64,000 bases of DNA from Deferribacterales bacterium (GTDB lineage Bacteria; Chrysiogenota; Deferribacteres; Deferribacterales; Geovibrionaceae). A program made the translations under genes and the position numbers. Below the pieces are notes generated by a model that made no database searches, was not told the DNA's origin, and saw nothing but the letters and a program-made list of their open reading frames with translations. Where the stretch lies: NCBI GenBank assembly GCA_050251875.1, contig JBFWMA010000003.1, forward strand, positions 96,001-160,000. Direction: 5' to 3'. This document shows positions 9,622 to 17,583 of this stretch, piece after piece (position 1 is the first letter of the stretch; every line of letters starts with the position of its first letter).

Positions 9622-9910
9622 CGTTTTTCTGCTAATTAGCCGGGCAGCAACAGCAAAAATATATATTTATGAGGTGGTCACGGAAACGAGACGTTACCAG
9701 ACCGCCTCTAAAATGCAGCCTTCTGCTTTCTACCGCTATCATGGCGGCAGCGATACTATTTATCAACTTACGGTTGTTGACACTCTGGAAGGTGATGACC
9801 TTGAAAATGCCGCAAAAAAATATAAACTTTCCGATAAGAATGTTCGTGACCTCTCTCCGCAGACTGCTCCCCGTCCTAATGATTTTCGCCGTTTTATATG
9901 GTGGAGATAG
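9590..9910 (+). CDS. Hypothetical exported protein
   Basis: Signal-peptide-like N-terminus ending AATA; overlaps both neighbours. Confidence 0.55.
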   Translation: MSLWRTLLVLSVFLLISRAATAKIYIYEVVTETRRYQTASKMQPSAFYRYHGGSDTIYQLTVVDTLEGDDLENAAKKYKLSDKNVRDLSPQTAPRPNDFRRFIWWR

Positions 9911-10745
9911 CTTCGCTAACGAACGCTTCAAATACAGAGTAATAATCAGCCGTCCGGATTCCAATATCACAACACAGATGCGCGTATATGCCGACAACGA
10001 AGAGGAAGCCAGAGAAAACGTGGCTCTCAACGGATGGCAGATACTCTCCATAGAGAAGATGGACGATCTTTCCGGTTCCAGAGGAATCGATCTGAACACA
10101 GCTAACGCTCAGGCGGAAGCGCAGACACAGATCCAGACACCGGCACAGACACAGGCGGCGGAACATGACGTTACCGTGTCCAAGATAGGCGAAGGCGATA
10201 TCCAGCCTTTTGGTCAGGTGAAGGTGAAAGACGGCGGAAACGTGGACTTCAAGCTGAAGCCGGCGCCCTGCGAAACTCTCCAGAAGCTCGTTGTGAACGG
10301 CAGTCTGGTGGACGTCACCGACACATATAAGCTGGAGAATGTCGTTAAGGACACATATGTTGTCGCTGTTTTTCAGAAGAACGGAAACGAATGTGAAAAG
10401 CAGAAGGTGAATAACGATGACCTGAAAGAGATCGCCGTCATCTATTTTGATCTGGGTAAATACAAAACGTCTATCCCCGAAAAGACCAGAAAACTGCTCT
10501 CCGGGCTTAATAAAAATAAAAATTACGTCATTATCGGTCACACGGACGATGTGCGGGTGATCCCCAATGTGGAATATAAAGACAATATGGAACTCTCAGT
10601 AAAGAGAGCTGACTTTGCCAAAGCGAAAATGAACGTCAAAGGCAGTATAAAGCTGATGGGCATGGGACCCGCTTATCCCATCGCTCCCAATAAAAAAGAA
10701 GGACAGCCACTGAACAGGCGAGCCGTGATCTATGAGCGAAGATAA
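9840..10745 (+). CDS. Exported OmpA/MotB-family peptidoglycan-binding protein with a central beta-repeat domain
   Basis: IYFD...GHTDD...NMELSVKRA...NRRA OmpA_C motifs; start moved from 9669 to ATG 9840, where a signal peptide begins. Confidence 0.8.
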   Translation: MFVTSLRRLLPVLMIFAVLYGGDSFANERFKYRVIISRPDSNITTQMRVYADNEEEARENVALNGWQILSIEKMDDLSGSRGIDLNTANAQAEAQTQIQTPAQTQAAEHDVTVSKIGEGDIQPFGQVKVKDGGNVDFKLKPAPCETLQKLVVNGSLVDVTDTYKLENVVKDTYVVAVFQKNGNECEKQKVNNDDLKEIAVIYFDLGKYKTSIPEKTRKLLSGLNKNKNYVIIGHTDDVRVIPNVEYKDNMELSVKRADFAKAKMNVKGSIKLMGMGPAYPIAPNKKEGQPLNRRAVIYERR

Positions 10746-11715
10746 CAACAACGAGCCGTTATCCTTTCAGGATTTTTATAACATAAAGCTGAAGAGGTTC
10801 TACGAATTTGTCACAGAGGTGATGCACGACTTCACCTTCGCCGTGCACAGAACCATCAAAGAAGAGGATAACAAACGCAGAATAGAGCTGTGGAAATCTT
10901 CCAGAAACGAGGCGGAATCCGCCATGGTCTGGATAGAGCTGGTGAAGAACGAAGAGAATGTGGACAGATATGTGTCCACAGACGTTCTGCGCACCATGAA
11001 CGAAGAGGGACTAACCAAGCTGTTCTTCTTCTCCAATACCGATCTGGATAAAGACACCAGAGATGTTCTGGACGGCAAAAATCACTATATTTTCACCCCT
11101 TCAGACATCATGGAAACCATAGACGCGCTGGAAAGAAAAAAGACCGTCAAGGTTGTGAAAAAACGGAAGCAGGTAAAGATCCCTTCCGGATTTCTGCATA
11201 TCAGAAACCACCTGAAACAGCACCCGCCTCAGGGTAAAAAAGTTTTCGTAAACACCAGCACCATCTCCGCCATGTCCGAGCACTACATCGATATGGTGAG
11301 GCAGGTGGTGAACGAGATAGACCGCATTGACGATATCAACAACATGCCGCAGGAGCTTAAGGATAAGTTTAAGCGTGTACAGGCAAAGCTGCTGCCGGAG
11401 ATGCGCAAAACGCTCTATTTTAAATTTACAGACCGTTTCGAGTATCTGTCGCACACCATATACAGCATCATAGAGAACCTTATTGTGTATATTGGCGCTA
11501 TTATCGAGATGGAGGCGGAAGAGGATCTGCACAAATATCGTGACAAGATCGAAGAACATCTGGAAACACTTAGACAGACAGACGAACGTCTGGAAGAATT
11601 TTACGCTGAACAGATGAACAAAGCAGAGTCTCTCAGCTATAAGCTATTATATTATTCTATAGCTGTAATCGTGTTCATGACCGTGTTTTACATAATTATG
11701 CGGCTTAAAAAATAA
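10732..11715 (+). CDS. Hypothetical protein: Mrr-like N-terminal fold (tentative), helical domain, C-terminal TM anchor
   Basis: 327-aa ORF in operon orientation; terminal LLYYSIAVIVFMTVFYIIM hydrophobic helix. Confidence 0.75.
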   Translation: MSEDNNNEPLSFQDFYNIKLKRFYEFVTEVMHDFTFAVHRTIKEEDNKRRIELWKSSRNEAESAMVWIELVKNEENVDRYVSTDVLRTMNEEGLTKLFFFSNTDLDKDTRDVLDGKNHYIFTPSDIMETIDALERKKTVKVVKKRKQVKIPSGFLHIRNHLKQHPPQGKKVFVNTSTISAMSEHYIDMVRQVVNEIDRIDDINNMPQELKDKFKRVQAKLLPEMRKTLYFKFTDRFEYLSHTIYSIIENLIVYIGAIIEMEAEEDLHKYRDKIEEHLETLRQTDERLEEFYAEQMNKAESLSYKLLYYSIAVIVFMTVFYIIMRLKK

Positions 11716-11832
11716 AGATTATCAGTTTACAAAATTAATGCTTCCAAACTGTTTGATTTTTGCACCATAATGAATTAAAATTATAAAGGTTTAAATCGTT
11801 TAGCTAATGCGGGCTGATAATAACGGGTAAAG

Positions 11833-13407
11833 ATGGAATATATTGATGAGATTCTAAACTACATCGGCGAAGTTGTTTTTGTTGTAAATGATAAATATCA
11901 GATACAATATTGCAGCCCCCAGGTGAAAAACCTGACGGGGAAGCCCGCCGACAGGATGAAAGGAAAAAAGTGCCATATGGTGCTTTTCAACAAGATGGAG
12001 CCCTGCAAGGACTGCCAGCTTAATAAACTGCGTGAAAATAAAATTCCCCTTGATATAGAACACGATACGATCACCCACAGGGGCTTTCGAAAGCTGCTGT
12101 CGGCTAAGTTTATCACTCTTTCCAACGGCGACTACGCAGAGATTCTCACGGACATCACCAGCACAAAAAAGCTGATAGATAAACTGACACGCCACTCGAA
12201 AGAGCTGAAGGCGTCTAACGTTATTCTGAACCTGAAACGCAAAGAGACGGAGAAGGAACACCGCTTCATCATGAAGACGATCAACTCTCTGAATGACGGC
12301 GTTATGGTTATCAATCCCGATTTCACCATCAACATGTCGAACACCAGCCTGATGGAGGTGTGCGATCTGCACCACAAGAGCATGTCGGAGCTGAAATGCT
12401 ATGAGGTATACGGATATTCCGAACAGTGTCACGACTGCCCTCTGCTCGATCCTAAAAACGTGCGTTCTTTCCGTGAGGCGGCCGGAAAAAAGCTGACTAT
12501 CACCATGAACCATTTCGACAAATATATCGTTGAGAGCATAAGAGACACCACCAAAGAGCTCAAGCTGATAGACGAGATCAAATCACAGCAGACCGTTCTG
12601 ACAGAGAAGCAGCGCCAGATGAGCCTGCTGAACGAAGACCTGCTGAGAATGAACGATAAACTGAAAACAGCCCATAAAATAATAGATGAAGAACTGATGC
12701 AGGTGGGACAGATCCAGGCGAGTCTTCTGCCCGAAAAACTGCCTGAGATCGAAGGCTATGATTTTGGCGCCTTCTACACACCGGCGGAGCACGCCGGCGG
12801 CGACTACTATGACTGCATCGAGATGAGCAACGGATACTGGGGTCTGGGCGTGGCGGATGTTTCCGGACACGGAATCCCCGCTTCCGTCATCATGGCTATC
12901 ACCCGTGCCATCATGCGTTCATACACATACGACATCATTTCATCATCCGAGGCTGTTGCCATGGTAAACGAGATATTATGCGACAATATCCACACAAATG
13001 ACTTTGTCACGATGTTCTATCTCGTTCTTAATTCATCTAAAGGGACATGTAACTTTGCCAGTGCGGGACACAACCCCCTCCTGTTTTATGACAAGTCTGA
13101 AATGCTCGTGAAAAAGATTTCCGCTCATGGAATGTTTCTCGGAGCATTTGATATGGTAGAATATGAAGAAGGGACACTGGAACTTGATTCCGGTGATATC
13201 GTCTTTCTCTACACAGACGGTCTGAACGAGGCTATGAACCGCAGCCGTGAACAGTATGGCTATGACCAGCTGATCTCAAAAATTATGATGTTTTCAGGTC
13301 TTCCGGTAAAAGACATGATCGACAACATCATGGAGGATGTCAGAGCCTTCACGCAGGGACATCCGTTTGAAGACGATATTACTATACTGGCTTTTAAAAA
13401 GTTATAA
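11833..13407 (+). CDS. PAS-PAS-PP2C (SpoIIE/RsbU family) serine phosphatase
   Basis: GGDYYD, VADVSGHG, YTDGL, DDITIL metal-binding motifs; two Cys-containing PAS-like domains and coiled coils. Confidence 0.92.
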   Translation: MEYIDEILNYIGEVVFVVNDKYQIQYCSPQVKNLTGKPADRMKGKKCHMVLFNKMEPCKDCQLNKLRENKIPLDIEHDTITHRGFRKLLSAKFITLSNGDYAEILTDITSTKKLIDKLTRHSKELKASNVILNLKRKETEKEHRFIMKTINSLNDGVMVINPDFTINMSNTSLMEVCDLHHKSMSELKCYEVYGYSEQCHDCPLLDPKNVRSFREAAGKKLTITMNHFDKYIVESIRDTTKELKLIDEIKSQQTVLTEKQRQMSLLNEDLLRMNDKLKTAHKIIDEELMQVGQIQASLLPEKLPEIEGYDFGAFYTPAEHAGGDYYDCIEMSNGYWGLGVADVSGHGIPASVIMAITRAIMRSYTYDIISSSEAVAMVNEILCDNIHTNDFVTMFYLVLNSSKGTCNFASAGHNPLLFYDKSEMLVKKISAHGMFLGAFDMVEYEEGTLELDSGDIVFLYTDGLNEAMNRSREQYGYDQLISKIMMFSGLPVKDMIDNIMEDVRAFTQGHPFEDDITILAFKKL

Positions 13408-13417
13408 GGAGGACAAT

Positions 13418-13738
13418 ATGTTCGATGTTCAGGATAACGGCGGAAAAAAAGTAGTTTTTGTTAAAGGCGAAGTAAACGCGCAAACAGGCGGAGAGCTGAA
13501 AAAAGGCATCCTTGATCTTTTCAACTCCACAAGCGCCGTAATCATTTCATTCAAAGGCGTTGTTTACATGAACAGCTCCGGTCTCAGAGAGATCATCGAC
13601 CTGCTCAAAAGCACAAACAAGATCAAAAAAGATCTTAAACTCTGTGAAATGTCCTCTGACATCAGAGAGATGTTCACTTTCACAGGTCTCGATAAAGTAT
13701 TTAAAATTTACGAAACTCAAGCACAGGCTCTGGGGTAA
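13418..13738 (+). CDS. STAS-domain anti-sigma-factor antagonist (RsbV/SpoIIAA-like)
   Basis: AAGGAGG RBS before ATG 13418; YMNSSGL phospho-Ser motif; FTGLDKVFKIY. Confidence 0.88.
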   Translation: MFDVQDNGGKKVVFVKGEVNAQTGGELKKGILDLFNSTSAVIISFKGVVYMNSSGLREIIDLLKSTNKIKKDLKLCEMSSDIREMFTFTGLDKVFKIYETQAQALG

Positions 13739-13741
13739 TCT

Positions 13742-15160
13742 ATGTCAGTCAACTTTACCCGTTACGGCGATGTCCTGAAAATAATGGTTGATCAGGACAC
13801 ACCCGGCAAGGATCTCGAAGAGGGCGCCCGAAAGCTCCTCGATGAGAAAAATGTCGCAAGTGTGAGCCTGGATCTGAAAAACTGTTACTATATACAAAGT
13901 AAAGCGCTTGCCGCTCTGATTGCTTTTAAGAAGAACGCGGCCAAAATAAGAGCTGATTTTGTTGTCAGCAACGTCTGCGACAACGTATATCAGGTATTTG
14001 AAATGGCCAATCTGACCTCTTATTTCACTATCAGAGAGGATTTTTCATCATATCCGGCTGAAGAGCTCATGGAAAAATTCTTTCAGGCGGACTACGCTGA
14101 CAGGGTTTCAGATTTTATCGCTGAGCATTACAGCGATGAATACAGACAGAAGCTTCAGGAGCTCATGGAAATGAATGAGCCCGAGCTCAAATATTACGCT
14201 ATTCTCACCATGGGAAAAGCGCACGACTATGCTTCAGAAGACAGGATTAAACAGGAGCTGGACAGCGACCTGCCCATGGTTGTCAAGGCATCTGTCCTTG
14301 TTCTGGGCTGGTTCGGCGACACATCCAGCAAAGATAAGATATATTCGCTTCTGGAAGGCGGACTGGAAGAGCTGGCGGAAGCCGCCGCCGCGTCCATTGC
14401 CCTCTTAAGCGATGATTCAGACGCTCAGCGTCTCGGAAAGCTGCTTTCAGACAAGAGCGCCGTAATCAGAACAGCCGCCGTGCAGGCGCTGACTCTGATA
14501 AATGACGACAACTCTTTTGATCTGCTGAAATCCGCTCTGAGCACAGAGCAGGACGAAAATGTTAAAGCGACTCTCATCAGAGCCGTGTCATCCTTCAACA
14601 GACCCGGCGTTTCAGATATCCTGATAACAGGTCTGGACAACGGATCCATCAAGGTGCGTGAGGCATCCGCCAGCGGTCTGGCTAAGATCAAGGCAAAAGA
14701 TAAGCTCGCTGACATCCTGAGCCGTGTCACTGACAATGACGCATGGGTGGGATATTTTGCAGTGAAGGCATGCGGAGACATCTGCGCCGCCTCAGACGCG
14801 AAAACACTGATGGACAGCTATGACAAAGTTGATGAAAACGTCAAACTTGCCATAGTGGAAGCACTGGGCAAGATACCCTCTGACTTCAGCGACTTCTATA
14901 TGAAGATTCTGAACGACAACAACGAGGATATCAGAAAAGAAGTGCTCTCTGCTCTGTACATCGACAATAAAGACGCGGCAAAAGACGCCGCTCTCACACT
15001 TTTCACAGACGATTCGAGCTGGATAGTCCGCTATAAAGCTCTGGAAATTGTGTCCGCTATCCGTCCGGAAGGTTACAAAACACTTCTGCAAAAAAGACTG
15101 ACCGCGGAAGACAACAAATATGTTAAAGACAAAATACAGTCAATACTGGAAGAGATATGA
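13742..15160 (+). CDS. STAS domain fused to HEAT/PBS-lyase repeats
   Basis: N-terminal LDLKNCYYIQSKALAAL...VYQVFEMANL STAS; repeated VR.AA..AL HEAT units. Confidence 0.85.
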   Translation: MSVNFTRYGDVLKIMVDQDTPGKDLEEGARKLLDEKNVASVSLDLKNCYYIQSKALAALIAFKKNAAKIRADFVVSNVCDNVYQVFEMANLTSYFTIREDFSSYPAEELMEKFFQADYADRVSDFIAEHYSDEYRQKLQELMEMNEPELKYYAILTMGKAHDYASEDRIKQELDSDLPMVVKASVLVLGWFGDTSSKDKIYSLLEGGLEELAEAAAASIALLSDDSDAQRLGKLLSDKSAVIRTAAVQALTLINDDNSFDLLKSALSTEQDENVKATLIRAVSSFNRPGVSDILITGLDNGSIKVREASASGLAKIKAKDKLADILSRVTDNDAWVGYFAVKACGDICAASDAKTLMDSYDKVDENVKLAIVEALGKIPSDFSDFYMKILNDNNEDIRKEVLSALYIDNKDAAKDAALTLFTDDSSWIVRYKALEIVSAIRPEGYKTLLQKRLTAEDNKYVKDKIQSILEEI

Positions 15161-15987
15161 TTACTGCTGCAACGATAAAAATAAAGGATGACGAGTTCGT
15201 AGAGCTGAAAGACATCATATACAAGAATGCCGCCATCTCTTTCGCCGACAGCAAGAAATATCTTCTGGAAAACAGGCTGTCAAAGAGATTGCAGGAACTG
15301 AACTTCACCAGCTTTAAGGACTACATCTACTATCTGAAATATGACGCGAAAAAGCGTGAAGAGATGGAGGTTCTCTTAAACCAGGTAACCATCAACGAAA
15401 CCTATTTCCTCAGGGAAAGGGCTCAGATGGACCATATGATTAAGACAACCATCCCAGCTCTTATAACCGCAGGCAAGAGAAACATCAGAATATGGTCCGC
15501 CGCCTGTTCTTCAGGCGAAGAACCCTACTCTCTCGCCATGCTGCTGAACGAAGCCGGGCTTTTCGCTAAGGCCGGCATAGAGATTCTGGCGACCGATATC
15601 AACACCGAGGTGCTTGATTTCGCCCAGAAGGGACTATACAGAACGATATCGTTCAGAGGCGTCCCGCCCACCATACAGGATAAATATTTTCGTAAAGACG
15701 GATTCTCTTTTCAGCTTGACTCTGCTATAATGAGTAAAGTTAAGTTCTTTCAGGGCAATCTGTTTAACCCTATGCTCAGCGCTAAGGTTGGCAGGCTGGA
15801 CATCATCTTCTGCCGCAACGTTCTCATATACTTCGATATCCCGGCTAAGCAGAAGGTGATAGACCTTTTTCATAAATCGCTGAACACTCCCGGAGCTCTC
15901 TATCTGGGTCACTCAGAGACACTTAACAAAATCTCTGACAGCTTTAAGATGGAAAATTTCGGCGGGGGCATCATTTACAGAAAATAG
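15157..15987 (+). CDS. cheR: Chemotaxis methyltransferase CheR
   Basis: TINETYFLRE, RIWSAACSSGEEPYS, IFCRNVLIYFD, GHSE. Confidence 0.95.
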   Translation: MITAATIKIKDDEFVELKDIIYKNAAISFADSKKYLLENRLSKRLQELNFTSFKDYIYYLKYDAKKREEMEVLLNQVTINETYFLRERAQMDHMIKTTIPALITAGKRNIRIWSAACSSGEEPYSLAMLLNEAGLFAKAGIEILATDINTEVLDFAQKGLYRTISFRGVPPTIQDKYFRKDGFSFQLDSAIMSKVKFFQGNLFNPMLSAKVGRLDIIFCRNVLIYFDIPAKQKVIDLFHKSLNTPGALYLGHSETLNKISDSFKMENFGGGIIYRK

Positions 15988-16013
15988 TGCCTGAAGGCAC
16001 GGGAGAACCGCTC

Positions 16014-16303
16014 ATGGGGTAGGACCGATAGAAGTCCAGCACTCTTTGGTAACGGAGAAGGTTCAGGAAGTTAATCAGCGCAGCGCTGATAACAAGAATA
16101 TCACTGTGACCCATGAGATTCAGGAAGAGAAGGAACACCGCTCTAAATCTGTGAACGAAACAGAAGAGAGCGAAAACAAGACTATCGACCAGAATAACAA
16201 AAGAAAGCAGGACGAGCAGGAACGCAAAAAGCGTGAAAAGCAGAAGGAGGAAGCCAGAAAACAGGTTTCCGACACGGGGCATATTATAGATCTGGAAGCG
16301 TGA
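16014..16303 (+). pseudogene. Small charged hypothetical protein, apparently frameshifted just after the start codon (or started at TTG 16046)
   Basis: GGGAGA RBS + ATG GGG TAG at 16014; one extra G would join it to the open frame VGPIEVQHSLVTEK...GHIIDLEA. Confidence 0.5.
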
Positions 16304-16306
16304 CCG

Positions 16307-17086
16307 ATGAACAACTGTAAACTTTTAATTTTTAATAACGATGAACTACAAATTATTCAATGCCGGAGTGACGATCCGGCATCTTTTGTTGTGCGGACAG
16401 CGGACATCACAGAAGAGATGCTCTCATCCGCCGTATATATGCGTCTGGAGTGGTTCGAGGGAGACACGCTGAAATACGTCTCCGTCACCGTTCAGAGCTA
16501 TGATGGAACCACAGCCACGCTGGCGAAAACATCAGAAGTCTTCTCCGACAAGAGCGAGCAGTATCACCTGATAGACGTTTCCGACCCGATAGACATCACA
16601 CAGGTGGACACCGACAGCGTAATGGATTACCGCCAGAAGGCTGACAGCTTTAACAACCGTTTCAGGAACAGCCTCACAGCGCAGATTAAAAAGATTCTGA
16701 CGGAAGAGACATATACCAATCAGCTCATTTTAAAGATGCTGATGCAGATAGACAACAAACTGGACGATCTGCTGAGCCTGAAACAGAGCGAACAGTCGGC
16801 TGAGCTGAAAACATCACGCATGATATATCTCAGCGGCGGCGAGGTATGCTTTCTGTCGCAGGAAGGCAAACCCGGAGATATATTCTATATCCAGACACCG
16901 CCCAGCAGCACGCCGGGCATCGCCTTTGCCGCACTGTGCAAAATAAAATCACTCATAGAAGCCGGCAAAAACAGGCTCTGTGAGTGCGAGTTTGTATACA
17001 TTGACGAGATGACCCGAGACGGCATCATCCATTACGTCTTTGAAAAAGACAGAGAAAAACTGAAAAGGAAAAAGATAAATGGCTGA
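16307..17086 (+). CDS. PilZ-like domain protein (degenerate motifs)
   Basis: C-terminal YLSGGEVCF...CEFVYIDEMTRDGIIHYVF resembles PilZ. Confidence 0.65.
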   Translation: MNNCKLLIFNNDELQIIQCRSDDPASFVVRTADITEEMLSSAVYMRLEWFEGDTLKYVSVTVQSYDGTTATLAKTSEVFSDKSEQYHLIDVSDPIDITQVDTDSVMDYRQKADSFNNRFRNSLTAQIKKILTEETYTNQLILKMLMQIDNKLDDLLSLKQSEQSAELKTSRMIYLSGGEVCFLSQEGKPGDIFYIQTPPSSTPGIAFAALCKIKSLIEAGKNRLCECEFVYIDEMTRDGIIHYVFEKDREKLKRKKING

Positions 17087-17582
17087 ATCCACCCTAATCA
17101 GCATCGCTTTCTTTCTGATATGCGTGCTGTTCATCATGCTTCTGATAGCGTTCACCAGAATAATAAAAATGCAGAAGATGTTGACGGACGTCAGCCCTAA
17201 GGACCTCTACCCGTTTCTGGAAGAGCTGAGAGAACTTGTTATCGAATCCGAGAGAATAGCCGATAAGTTAGAGGACGAGATAACAAAAAAAGAGGAGATT
17301 CTGGAGGATATCGCCAGCCTGGCAGAAGAGAAGCTGAGAAGGCTGGAAACAATAAACGACAACCCTTCAGAAAATCCTGCGGCGGCTCTTTTGGCTGCCA
17401 TCAGCAACACCCCGCCAGCGGCGGCATCCGCACCGAATCCGGCGCCCAACCCGGCAGGACAGCTCTCTATCAGAGACCGGATATCGGATCTGATAGCAGT
17501 GGGCATGTCAGACACTCAGATAGCATCTGAGCTGGGCGTATCCACCACAGAAGTGCAGATAGTGAGAAGACTGGAAAACTGA
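17079..17582 (+). CDS. Membrane-anchored coiled-coil protein with C-terminal HTH (DUF2802/DUF6115-like)
   Basis: N-terminal TM, coiled coil, Pro/Ala linker, GMSDTQIASELGVSTTEVQIV HTH. Confidence 0.7.
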   Translation: MAESTLISIAFFLICVLFIMLLIAFTRIIKMQKMLTDVSPKDLYPFLEELRELVIESERIADKLEDEITKKEEILEDIASLAEEKLRRLETINDNPSENPAAALLAAISNTPPAAASAPNPAPNPAGQLSIRDRISDLIAVGMSDTQIASELGVSTTEVQIVRRLEN

Positions 17583-17583
17583 A

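Noticed and set aside
9669..9839. 5' extension of the OmpA-domain ORF given by the ORF track
   Set aside because: Lies wholly within the 9590-9910 ORF; a signal peptide begins only at ATG 9840
11792..11820. Possible sigma-28 promoter TAAA...GCTGATAA before the phosphatase
   Set aside because: Spacer is 17 nt rather than 15 and the -10 has a mismatch
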